Assembly (NCBI GenBank): GCA_964585025.1
Contig: CAZPCO010000003.1
Location: forward strand, 1-37,141
Direction: 5' to 3'
DNA length: 37,141 nt
From: an uncultured bacterium
Lineage (GTDB): Bacteria > Muiribacteriota > Ozemobacteria > Ozemobacterales > Ozemobacteraceae
Shown: in pieces, positions 25,764 to 34,000 of the stretch
Layout of the letters: every line of letters starts with the position of its first letter
How positions within the stretch are numbered: the first letter of the stretch is position 1
Notes under the pieces: model-generated
The model's input: only the letters and a program-made list of their open reading frames with translations
Databases searched by the model: none
Told to the model about the DNA's origin: nothing
Translations under genes and position numbers: made by a program

Positions 25764-26501
25764 ATGCAGGTCAATACTGAACTGCTGCAGAAAATAAAAA
25801 CTGCAGCGGCCAGAAATTTCGATGCATATCTGCAGAAGGCATTGTCTGCCTCGGCCGATCATGGGCCATTCGGCATGGAAATGCTCGACCGGCTTCACGA
25901 CCAGTTGCCACGCACCAGCTGCAGCAATTGCGGTCAGTGTTGTAATTCCGTATCGATTTTTTCCCTCGAATACCATCGCATCATCAGAGAAGTCCTTGCC
26001 ACCTGGCAGCCCGATCGACTTCGCCGCCTGATCAAATCGGCGCTGCGTTTCGATCTCCGCCAGGCTGATGCCGGCAACGAAAGGCGACTGCGCTGCATCT
26101 TCCGGGATGACGAAACGAAAGTTTGCCTGATTCACCCGGTCAGGCCTTTTGCCTGCCGCATCTTCGGACTGCTTAAAGAAGACGGTACCAGAGAATGTTG
26201 CCAGGTAAACGATCTATCAATGCCGGCTCGCGTCGTCAGTGAAAAGTATCTCACCGACCTGCAAAGCCGGGTTCTCGAAAATTCCGAGAGTTTCGAGCCC
26301 TGGCCAGGTAGCGGCAAAATTCACTTTTTTCCATTTGAATTCTGGTTTTTCCGCCAGATTTTTTCACCTGAACGGGCTCTGCAGATTTACCGTGAAATAC
26401 TGGTTCCGATGTCGACACCACTCTCGCATCTCTGGCAGAAGCAGCTTTCAATTCCAGAACTGCGCGAAGATCTCTACGAAGATAACGGAGACAACCAATG
26501 A
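25764..26501 (+). CDS. YkgJ-family cysteine-cluster (CxxCxxCC) protein
   Basis: The first motif is CSNCGQCCNS. A second family-typical cluster reads RCIFRDDETKVCLIHPVRPFACRIFG. The stop overlaps the next ATG (ATGA at 26498-26501). Confidence 0.7.
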   Translation: MQVNTELLQKIKTAAARNFDAYLQKALSASADHGPFGMEMLDRLHDQLPRTSCSNCGQCCNSVSIFSLEYHRIIREVLATWQPDRLRRLIKSALRFDLRQADAGNERRLRCIFRDDETKVCLIHPVRPFACRIFGLLKEDGTRECCQVNDLSMPARVVSEKYLTDLQSRVLENSESFEPWPGSGKIHFFPFEFWFFRQIFSPERALQIYREILVPMSTPLSHLWQKQLSIPELREDLYEDNGDNQ

Positions 26502-26926
26502 GCAAACTCCTGCGGGTCATCGCCCGGGAACAATGCATCGGCTGTTACAGCTGCATGTTTGCATGCAGTCGAACCTGGTTCAAAGCCCTCACTGTCGAAA
26601 AGGCAGCGCTGCGTATAAAAAACTACGCCGGGGCCGAAGGAGCTTTCTCGATTCGACCATGTTACGGCTGCCTTGATCCAGACTGCGCCCGGGCCTGCCC
26701 AACCGCAGCCCTGACTCCACGCGAAGGCGGTGGCGTCAAGCTAGATGCTTCCAAATGCGTTCACTGTCACAAATGCGTAACCGCCTGTATCGCCAACGCC
26801 CTCCAATGGGACAGCGAAACCCGCATGCCAATTCCATGTCATCAATGCGGTGTCTGCGTCAAATTCTGCCCGAACGGGGTCATCGACATGGTCGAAATCG
26901 ACCGCAGCCGAAAGGTAGAACCATGA
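26498..26926 (+). CDS. 4Fe-4S dicluster ferredoxin-like protein
   Basis: Cys clusters are CIGCYSCMFAC, CYGC..PDCARACP, CVHCHKCVTAC and CHQCGVCVKFCP. The gene has ATGA overlaps with both neighbours. Confidence 0.85.
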   Translation: MSKLLRVIAREQCIGCYSCMFACSRTWFKALTVEKAALRIKNYAGAEGAFSIRPCYGCLDPDCARACPTAALTPREGGGVKLDASKCVHCHKCVTACIANALQWDSETRMPIPCHQCGVCVKFCPNGVIDMVEIDRSRKVEP

Positions 26927-28692
26927 AAAATTTTTACATGCTCGATATCGATCTGACCAGCGGCAAAAGCGAAAAAAAAGATGTAACCGATCTCTTCAGT
27001 CGTTATATCGGCGGCACCGGGGTCGCTACCGCATTGCTCGATGAATTCACCCCGACAACCGATGCCTACGATCCTTCAGCCCCGATAATATTCGCCACCG
27101 GGCCTTTCAGTTCAATTTTTCCTGTTGCAACCAAGACCGTTGCGATGTTCAAATCCCCGCTCACTGGCAATATGGGCGAATCACATGCTGGTGGGCGTCT
27201 GGCGCTGGCCATGTCTGGAGCAGGTTATCATGTTATCCGCATACGCGGCCGCTCCGAGTTTCCATGTACCGTAGAAATCGAAGGAGACAATGTACGGGTC
27301 AACTCTGCAAGCTCTCTGCGCGGTATGTCAGCGCTTGCCGTCGAACGCGTTCTGCGCGATCACTACAAATCCGATTTTAAGCGTTCGATCGTCAGAATTG
27401 GGCCTGCCGGTGAGCGTTTGTCGCCTATCGCCGCAGCCACAGTCGACTCGTCACGGCATTTCGGCCGCCTGGGCCTTGGCGGAGTTCTTGGCAGCAAAAA
27501 CCTTAAAGCCATCGTGATCAGCGGTGGAAAATATTGGAAAATTGACGAACCAGGCCCGTTCAACGCATATTATACCAGGCTCTATCAGGCGGTCGTTGCC
27601 TCTGACCAGATGAAGAAATATCACGACCTCGGCACCCCGATCAATGTCGTTCCATTGAGCAAAATCAACGGCCTGCCAACCCGCAATTTCTCTCAAGGCT
27701 ATTTTGAAGGAGCTGAAGGCATCAGTGGCGAAACTTTCGCCGAACGCCATCTTTCACAGCAGATTGCCTGCGCCCACTGTCAGTGCGGTTGCATTCACAT
27801 GGCCACCCTGCGCGAAAGCTTCAACGAAGCAGAACATATGTATAAAACTTTCAAGGTCTCATACGACCATGAACTGATTTTCGCCTGGGGCTCCAATCTT
27901 TCGATTTCAAACAGCGAAGATGTCCTGCGACTGCTCTATCACGTAGAAAAGCAGGGCTGGGACGCAATCAGCATGGGCGTCATTCTCGCCTGGGCCGTTG
28001 AAGCCTTCCAGCGCGGCTATATCACCACCACCCAAACCGACGGTCTGGTGCTCAATTTCGGTGATGCCGCCACTTATGCCAAAATTCTCGACCGCATCGC
28101 CAACCGTCACAATGAATTCTATGCCGATCTCGAAAAAGGCTCGGTTTTCTGTGGCGAAAAATACGGCGGCAAAGATTTTGCAATTGCCTTCGGCAAAAAT
28201 GAAGCCCCAGGCTATATGACCGGCCTGCATGCTTTTCTCGGCTACGGAACCGGCGTCCGCCATTCACACCTCGACAGCGCCGGCTACTCGATCGACCAGA
28301 AAAAGATCAACAGCAATAAATCCGACTCCGACTGGACAAAAGAAATGTATAAGGAATCGGTCTGGCGTATGGCACTCAACTCACTCGTCATCTGCCTTTT
28401 TGCCCGCAATATATACACGCCGGCAGTCGTCAGCGAAGGACTTGGACTGCTGGGAATGAACAATTGCGATGAAGCGTCAGTAAATCAGGCTGCCCGGCTG
28501 ATTCATGCTCTGAAAATCAGGCAGAAGATGAACTTCGGCTTCCGCTTCTCCGACCTGTATCTGCCGGCACGCCTCGAAAAGGCAGTTACCACCTGCGGGC
28601 ATGTCACCCGCGAACAGTTCGATGAGCAGGTCAAAGTATACCAGGCACTAGCCGAAGAAGACCTGAAACTCCTGGATTCGTTAAAAAATTAG
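26923..28692 (+). CDS. aor: Aldehyde:ferredoxin oxidoreductase family (tungsto/molybdopterin) enzyme
   Basis: The N-terminus is AFOR_N-like (MKNFYMLDIDLTSGKSEKKDV...YIGGTGVATALL). The [4Fe-4S] ligand pattern is CAHCQCGC (CxxCxxxC), with a distal Cys in NSLVICLFARN. The start is set at the ATG at 26923 (ATGA overlap). The track start at 26755 lies inside the ferredoxin gene in another frame. Confidence 0.9.
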   Translation: MKNFYMLDIDLTSGKSEKKDVTDLFSRYIGGTGVATALLDEFTPTTDAYDPSAPIIFATGPFSSIFPVATKTVAMFKSPLTGNMGESHAGGRLALAMSGAGYHVIRIRGRSEFPCTVEIEGDNVRVNSASSLRGMSALAVERVLRDHYKSDFKRSIVRIGPAGERLSPIAAATVDSSRHFGRLGLGGVLGSKNLKAIVISGGKYWKIDEPGPFNAYYTRLYQAVVASDQMKKYHDLGTPINVVPLSKINGLPTRNFSQGYFEGAEGISGETFAERHLSQQIACAHCQCGCIHMATLRESFNEAEHMYKTFKVSYDHELIFAWGSNLSISNSEDVLRLLYHVEKQGWDAISMGVILAWAVEAFQRGYITTTQTDGLVLNFGDAATYAKILDRIANRHNEFYADLEKGSVFCGEKYGGKDFAIAFGKNEAPGYMTGLHAFLGYGTGVRHSHLDSAGYSIDQKKINSNKSDSDWTKEMYKESVWRMALNSLVICLFARNIYTPAVVSEGLGLLGMNNCDEASVNQAARLIHALKIRQKMNFGFRFSDLYLPARLEKAVTTCGHVTREQFDEQVKVYQALAEEDLKLLDSLKN

Positions 28693-28824
28693 CCGGCCGG
28701 GCACAGAAAACTTCCCCGATGGATCACAAAGGTGGTCCTGACCGGAAAACAATCGATGCATTTGGCTCTATTCTGGTTTAGCATGATTGTATTGCGTCAC
28801 AATTATTCTGCCCGAGGACTTACA

Positions 28825-30819
28825 ATGCATTCAGATTTTTCCGATCATGTTGCTATCGGCCAATTGCCGAGACCATTCAGTCCGGCAGCAAAATTGATCA
28901 GTAACATCCGGCATTTGCTGCTTGTCGTTTGCCTTACCCTGGCAACAACTGCCTTAAGCGCAGATTCATTGCAGAAGCAGGTATTCTGCCCGGTCTGCAA
29001 CATAGAATATACAGCCTTCCTTACCGCTTCTTCGACAGCCGGGTTCTGCCTCGACGGCAGACCCACCGATGGACGCCTTGAACCTCTTGCAGAATGCCCG
29101 CTCTGTCACGGAGTTTTTCTCAAACCATCTCATACTGCCGACGAAATGAAGGCGCTGCATAAATTCATCTGGTCCGATCAGTTTCAATCTCTCCGGACTG
29201 CAACAACTGCAACCCGCTACGCTTCGATTCTTGAGAATCTTGACAGCAGCAGTTACGAGATCGCTGCCGCCTGGCTGCACGCCGCCTGGGCCGAGGAAAA
29301 TGACCAGACTGCTTTCAGGAACTGTCTCGAAAAAAGCCTGAAATTTTTCCGACTGGCACGAGAAGAAGCCAGCAAAAATGGCGAAAAGGCCAGATTTTTT
29401 GACATTTCTCTGAAAATCGCCGATCTGCTGCGCCAGCTCGAAAAATTTGCCGAAGCCACCCAATGGCTTGACGAGCTGGCCGCAGACCCGGAATGCAAAA
29501 GCAGTTGGTTGCCCGCCGTAATCAGACATTCTCGACAACTTGTAGAAGCCCGTAACAGCAAGCCCTCACAGCTCCCGCCCGGGAATCTTCTGCATGCGGC
29601 AATCAATGCCGGAAACCTCGCAGAGGCCATCAGGCTGGCCTCAAGCAGTCAAAACCTCCTCAAAGAAATAAACATTGCCGGGCATACTCCCTTGATTCTG
29701 GCAATAAACCGCAAGGATGAGCCGATGATAGATGCCCTCCTCTCAGCCGGCGCCGATAGCGCCCAAACTGATCTCGATGGCAATACCCCGCTGCACCATG
29801 CTGTATTGTCAGCCAGTCATCAGATTTTCGAGAAAATTCTCGCCAGAACCGGCAACCCCGATCCGGTGAACCGTTATAATGAAACACCTCTGCTTCTGGC
29901 CGCCCGAGTCGGCAAAGTATCGCTCATCAAGTCACTGCTGGACGCCGGTGCCGATTTCAACCATAAAGACGCCCGGGGCAATACCATTTTACATATACTC
30001 TGCACCAGACCAGGTGCCGGCCGCGAAGCAATCGTCGAAAGGCTTGCCAGTCAGGTTCGCGATGTCAATCTGCGCAATTTCGATGACCGCACCCCGTTGC
30101 ATCTTGCTGTCATGGCCGGGAACCTTGCCGCAGTCAACTCATTGCTCGATGCCGGCGCCAGAATCGATGCCCGACTTCCTGATGGTTCCGCTGTGCTCTT
30201 TTTCTGCAAACCCCTGCTGATTTCAAACCTGATTGGCAAAGGGGCTGATATAACCCTGCAGAACAATGCCGGTTACAACGTCATGGTTAACGCCAGAATC
30301 AATGGCGATCTTGAAAGGGTTGCCTTTCTGAAGAAAACCGGTCGCTTCGGCAGGAGATCACGACGTTTCAATGTGAATGGTCACGAAACTGATATTTTTG
30401 CCGCAGTGCAGGCAGAAAACCTTCAGGACATCCGGGAAATCGTCAAACTCGACCGCAAAGAGCTCGATGCCCGCGAACCCGAGCTTTCAGCAACCCCCCT
30501 GCATCTGGCTGCTGAACTTGGCAACCCTGAAGTGGTCAGACAGCTCATCGACCTTGGCGCCAAGATTGAAGCGACCAATGATTTTCTCCGTACGCCGATT
30601 CATTACGCTGCATCAAGAGGCAATCTCGAAGCACTCAAAGTTCTCCATCAGGCTGGAGCCAACATTCAGGCCGTCGATGCACGTGGTTCGACTCCCATGC
30701 ACGACGCAGCCGCCGCCAGGCATCGCAATGTTTACGTCTACCTCAGCGAACTGAATGCCAGCGACACCACCCGCGACAATGCAGGTTACACCCCTGCCGA
30801 ACTTTTTCAGGAACCTTGA
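28825..30819 (+). CDS. Large ankyrin-repeat protein with N-terminal signal/anchor, CxxC...CxxC zinc-ribbon-like element and a helical TPR-like region
   Basis: GAGGA lies 6 nt upstream of the ATG at 28825. The hydrophobic segment is IRHLLLVVCLTLATTALSA. A possible zinc ribbon reads FCPVCN...ECPLCHG. About 11-12 ANK repeats follow (GHTPLILAI..., GNTPLHHAV..., ETPLLLAA..., RTPLHLAV..., ATPLHLAAELGNPEVVRQLIDLGA..., RTPIHYAA..., STPMHDAA...). Confidence 0.85.
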   Translation: MHSDFSDHVAIGQLPRPFSPAAKLISNIRHLLLVVCLTLATTALSADSLQKQVFCPVCNIEYTAFLTASSTAGFCLDGRPTDGRLEPLAECPLCHGVFLKPSHTADEMKALHKFIWSDQFQSLRTATTATRYASILENLDSSSYEIAAAWLHAAWAEENDQTAFRNCLEKSLKFFRLAREEASKNGEKARFFDISLKIADLLRQLEKFAEATQWLDELAADPECKSSWLPAVIRHSRQLVEARNSKPSQLPPGNLLHAAINAGNLAEAIRLASSSQNLLKEINIAGHTPLILAINRKDEPMIDALLSAGADSAQTDLDGNTPLHHAVLSASHQIFEKILARTGNPDPVNRYNETPLLLAARVGKVSLIKSLLDAGADFNHKDARGNTILHILCTRPGAGREAIVERLASQVRDVNLRNFDDRTPLHLAVMAGNLAAVNSLLDAGARIDARLPDGSAVLFFCKPLLISNLIGKGADITLQNNAGYNVMVNARINGDLERVAFLKKTGRFGRRSRRFNVNGHETDIFAAVQAENLQDIREIVKLDRKELDAREPELSATPLHLAAELGNPEVVRQLIDLGAKIEATNDFLRTPIHYAASRGNLEALKVLHQAGANIQAVDARGSTPMHDAAAARHRNVYVYLSELNASDTTRDNAGYTPAELFQEP

Positions 30820-30970
30820 ACCGCATTGACAATTTTTCCTGCTGAATGTGATCTGATCGCACCCGAACGGAATGCGACCGCTTCAGTATCTGCCCACTTA
30901 ACTGTTACATAAATTGATACTGAATAGCCGCAGCCCGAATATATCAATGGCAGATGGGTAAAAAATCCTG

Positions 30971-30976
30971 TATAAT
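30971..30976 (+). promoter_or_regulatory. Candidate -10 box upstream of the DUF2760/Hsp70 module
   Basis: A perfect TATAAT lies 35 nt upstream of the ATG at 31012. No convincing -35 element sits at 17±1 bp, so this is only a candidate. Confidence 0.2.
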
Positions 30977-31011
30977 TCGGCTTTGAAGTTATACCCTTAG
31001 TGAGGTTCCGA

Positions 31012-32193
31012 ATGAAAAAAGCTGCAGCTTTTCTGACCCTGCTGGCCCTGCTGGTGATGACCGGCGGCGCCCTTTACCTGCAGCAGCGCGAAGCTTCACC
31101 GAAGCTCAGCGATCTGCAACCTGCCCTCGACAATTTAAAAACTTTTATACCTGAAACTCTCCAGATGCCTGCCGCTGCTGGCATCTCCGTTCTTATGCTT
31201 CTGGTTTTCCTCCTTGCACTGGCTGTTCTCTTTGAACGCCGCAGTCTGCCCGTTATCGAATCAGCCACCAAACCAGCCGAAACCCCGGCCGTAGAAAATA
31301 AAGCCCATGCCGAACTCGAGCTTCTCAAAAAGAAAGTCGAGGAGGCCGAAAGCACTCAAGCAGCCCTCAAACGTCAGATCAACGACCTCGACGCTGACAA
31401 TGCCGGTCTCAAAGGCCAGCTCGAAAAACTTCGCTCTGCTCCCGCAGCCGACAAAGAACTTGAAAAGGCCATGCAGCAGGCTGCCGACCTTGAAAACCGG
31501 ATAAAAGAAGCTTCTGCCGCACGCGAAAAGCTGGTCACCGAGCAGCAGCAATCCCTGCTGGAAGTTAAGAATGCTCTCAACGAACGCAACCGCCTGCAGA
31601 CAGAAGTCGACGCTCTGATTGCCCGGGCCGAAAAATCCGAAAACGATGCAAAAAGTGCCCGCCGTGACAGCGAAAAGGTTTCCGGTCAGCTGAAAACCGC
31701 CCAGTCAGAACTCGAAAAGAAAAGCGACGAAATCACCAACCTTCGCCAGCAGCTTGAAACGCTCAACAATGAACTCAAATCAGCCCGTGCTAATCAGAAA
31801 GGTGGCAAAGAAGCCATTCCGCCGGCCGCATATCAGATTCTCTATCTATTTCAGAAGGAAGGGCGCCTGATCGACCTGCTCAGCGAAGATATTTCCGAAC
31901 TCGATGATGAAACTCTCGGCGGCGCTATCAGGCCAATTCACGAGGGCTGCCGACGTCTGCTCGCCGACCGTCTGATTCTTGAACGCGTACTCAACGAAGA
32001 AGAAGGCAGTATCGTTACCCTCGACGAAATCGACCCCGAGGCCGTCAAACTCTCGGGGCGCGTTCCACCAGCCGGACCATACAAGGGCGAACTCATACAC
32101 CGCGGCTGGCGGCTCAAAGAATGTAATCTTCCCGAACTTGTAGACGGCTGGAAAGGCAACGTCATCGCCCCGGCCGAAGTTGAAATCAGCTGA
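31012..32193 (+). CDS. Membrane-anchored coiled-coil protein with a C-terminal DUF2760-like domain
   Basis: GAGG lies 6 nt upstream of the ATG at 31012. Two hydrophobic helices are present (AAAFLTLLALLVMTGGALYL and AAAGISVLMLLVFLLALAVLF), with basic residues on the inferred cytoplasmic side. About 170 aa of heptad-rich Glu/Lys/Leu/Gln sequence follow. The C-terminal ~115 aa (AYQILYLFQKEGRLIDLL...IHEGCRRLL...) I assign to DUF2760 from memory only. Confidence 0.7.
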   Translation: MKKAAAFLTLLALLVMTGGALYLQQREASPKLSDLQPALDNLKTFIPETLQMPAAAGISVLMLLVFLLALAVLFERRSLPVIESATKPAETPAVENKAHAELELLKKKVEEAESTQAALKRQINDLDADNAGLKGQLEKLRSAPAADKELEKAMQQAADLENRIKEASAAREKLVTEQQQSLLEVKNALNERNRLQTEVDALIARAEKSENDAKSARRDSEKVSGQLKTAQSELEKKSDEITNLRQQLETLNNELKSARANQKGGKEAIPPAAYQILYLFQKEGRLIDLLSEDISELDDETLGGAIRPIHEGCRRLLADRLILERVLNEEEGSIVTLDEIDPEAVKLSGRVPPAGPYKGELIHRGWRLKECNLPELVDGWKGNVIAPAEVEIS

Positions 32194-32206
32194 GGAGAAC
32201 CCAGCC

Positions 32207-34000
32207 ATGGCAAAAGCTAAATACATCGTCGGCATCGACCTCGGAACCACCAACATCGTTCTCAGCTATGCCCCGCTGGCAGCCGGCAATGGCGACGAAC
32301 CCGCCCAGATCAGCCTGATGCCGATCGTTCAGGAACTCGCCAAAGGGGCCATCGAAAAGCTCGATGTTCTGCCTTCTTTCATTTTTGAACGTCTGAAAGA
32401 AAAACCTGTCTTCACCTGGGAAGACGACGCCCAGTATATTATCGGTGACTATGCCCGCGAGCGCGGTGCTGAGGTTCCAGACCGCCTTATTTCATCAGCC
32501 AAGTCATGGCTGTGCAATACCCGCATCGACCGAACCCAGCCGGTTTTACCCTGGAATTCACCCGAAGAAAATGCAAAAATTTCACCGCTGCAGGCGATGG
32601 CCACTTTCCTGCGTCACGTCAGACACACCTGGAGTGAAGAATTTGCCAAAGATAAACTCGAAGACCAGAAAGTCGTAGTAACCATCCCGGCTTCATTCGA
32701 TGCAGCCGCGCGCGATTTAATCGTGGAAGCTGCACGCATGGCCGGTCTTCCGACCATTACATTACTGGAAGAACCTCAGGCAGCATTTTATTCCTGGATA
32801 TCGCAGAGCGACAAACCATGGCGACAGCAGGTTAAAAAGGGTGACGTGGTTCTCGTCGTCGACGTAGGCGGCGGAACTTCCGACTTCAGCCTGATCGAGA
32901 TCAGCGAATCCGACGGCGATCTGGCCCTTGAACGCGTCGCGGTCGGCAATCACATACTTCTGGGCGGCGATAATATGGATCTTACGCTCGCTTATGTCGC
33001 CCGTCGCAAGCTCGAAGAGAGCAATAAGAAGATCAGCCAGTGGCAGACAGTTCAGCTCAGCCACCAGTGCCGCAAAGCAAAAGAAACCCTTCTTTCCGAT
33101 CCAACGAAAGATTCGGTGCCGATAGTCATTTCCGGCCGCGGCAGCAGCGTCATCGGCGGTTCTCTGAAAACTACGATCGAACGCGCTGACATCGAAAAAA
33201 CGCTGATCGATGGCTTTTTTCCATTCTGCAATATGAGTGATGATCCTGCCGAAGACACTCAGGGCGGGGTGCGCGAAGTCAGCCTGATGTATGCAGCTGA
33301 TCCGGGCATTACCCGACATCTTGCAAAATTTCTGCGCAGCCAGAATGCCGGTGAACGCCAGTATGGGTTTCCGAAGGCAATTCTGTTCAATGGCGGTGTC
33401 TTTCGATCGGAAATTTTCCGTAACCGCCTGATCGAAGTCATCAACAACTGGCTTGCAAGCGCCGGCCATGAGAACATAAGGGTTCTCGAAGGTATCGAAC
33501 TTTCGCAGGCCGTAGCCCGAGGGGCGACCTACTACGGCATTGCCCGCGAAGGCAAGGGCATCAGAATCCGTGGCGGTGTTTCCCAGGCCTATTATCTCGG
33601 CATTGAATCGTCACTGCCTGCCGTACCGGGCTTCAAACCGCCCCTCAAGGCTCTCTGTGTTGCGAAGCAGGGCACTGAAGAAGGCACCATTTCGGATGTT
33701 CCCGGGCGCACCTTCGGCCTGGTGATCGGGCGCAAGGCAGAGTTCAAGTTTTTCAAATCCAACTGCAGGCGTGAAGACGACTTCGGCCAGATGATCGACG
33801 AAATCGACGACAGCTTCGAAGATACCAGTGCCCTGCAGATAGAACTGCCGGCCTATGAAGGCATGAAAGCCGGCGACCTCGTTGACGTGGGTCTGCAGGT
33901 CGCAATTACCGAGATCGGCACTCTCGAAGTCTATTGTCTGGCCCGCAAGGGCGAACACCGTTGGAAGCTTGAATTCAACGTCAGAGAAAACCTGAAGTAA
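32207..34000 (+). CDS. Non-canonical Hsp70-family ATPase (about 597 aa, no helical lid)
   Basis: GAGGAG lies 9 nt upstream of the ATG at 32207. The NBD motifs are GIDLGTTN, VVTIPASFD, EEPQAAFY, VDVGGGTSDFSLI, GGDNMDL, LFNGG and AVARGATYYG. The NBD is followed by only about 150 aa of beta-rich sequence. Confidence 0.9.
   Translation: MAKAKYIVGIDLGTTNIVLSYAPLAAGNGDEPAQISLMPIVQELAKGAIEKLDVLPSFIFERLKEKPVFTWEDDAQYIIGDYARERGAEVPDRLISSAKSWLCNTRIDRTQPVLPWNSPEENAKISPLQAMATFLRHVRHTWSEEFAKDKLEDQKVVVTIPASFDAAARDLIVEAARMAGLPTITLLEEPQAAFYSWISQSDKPWRQQVKKGDVVLVVDVGGGTSDFSLIEISESDGDLALERVAVGNHILLGGDNMDLTLAYVARRKLEESNKKISQWQTVQLSHQCRKAKETLLSDPTKDSVPIVISGRGSSVIGGSLKTTIERADIEKTLIDGFFPFCNMSDDPAEDTQGGVREVSLMYAADPGITRHLAKFLRSQNAGERQYGFPKAILFNGGVFRSEIFRNRLIEVINNWLASAGHENIRVLEGIELSQAVARGATYYGIAREGKGIRIRGGVSQAYYLGIESSLPAVPGFKPPLKALCVAKQGTEEGTISDVPGRTFGLVIGRKAEFKFFKSNCRREDDFGQMIDEIDDSFEDTSALQIELPAYEGMKAGDLVDVGLQVAITEIGTLEVYCLARKGEHRWKLEFNVRENLK

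Noticed and set aside
26755-26922. Upstream extension of the AOR ORF (track start 26755)
   Set aside because: The extension overlaps the ferredoxin gene in another frame and encodes Arg-rich, low-information sequence. The conserved AOR N-terminus begins at the ATG at 26923, which forms an ATGA coupling with the ferredoxin stop.
28966-29538. A 190-aa minus-strand ORF inside the ankyrin-repeat gene
   Set aside because: It is antisense to a CDS with a clear RBS and ANK repeats downstream, and I recognise no independent support for it. The same reasoning applies to 4586-5128 (antisense to hemW), 22027-22533 (antisense to the pheA-like gene) and 25347-25718 / 25734-26135 (antisense to the RRM and YkgJ genes).
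30826-30854. A consensus TTGACA -35 hexamer downstream of the ankyrin gene
   Set aside because: With a 17-bp spacer, the partner -10 would be TGATCT, which matches TATAAT at only 2 of 6 positions. It is not convincing as the promoter of the Hsp70 module.
32762-33469. A 235-aa minus-strand ORF inside the short Hsp70 gene
   Set aside because: It is antisense to a CDS with unmistakable Hsp70 NBD motifs. Its composition is Ala/Arg/Phe-rich with no motifs and no RBS context.
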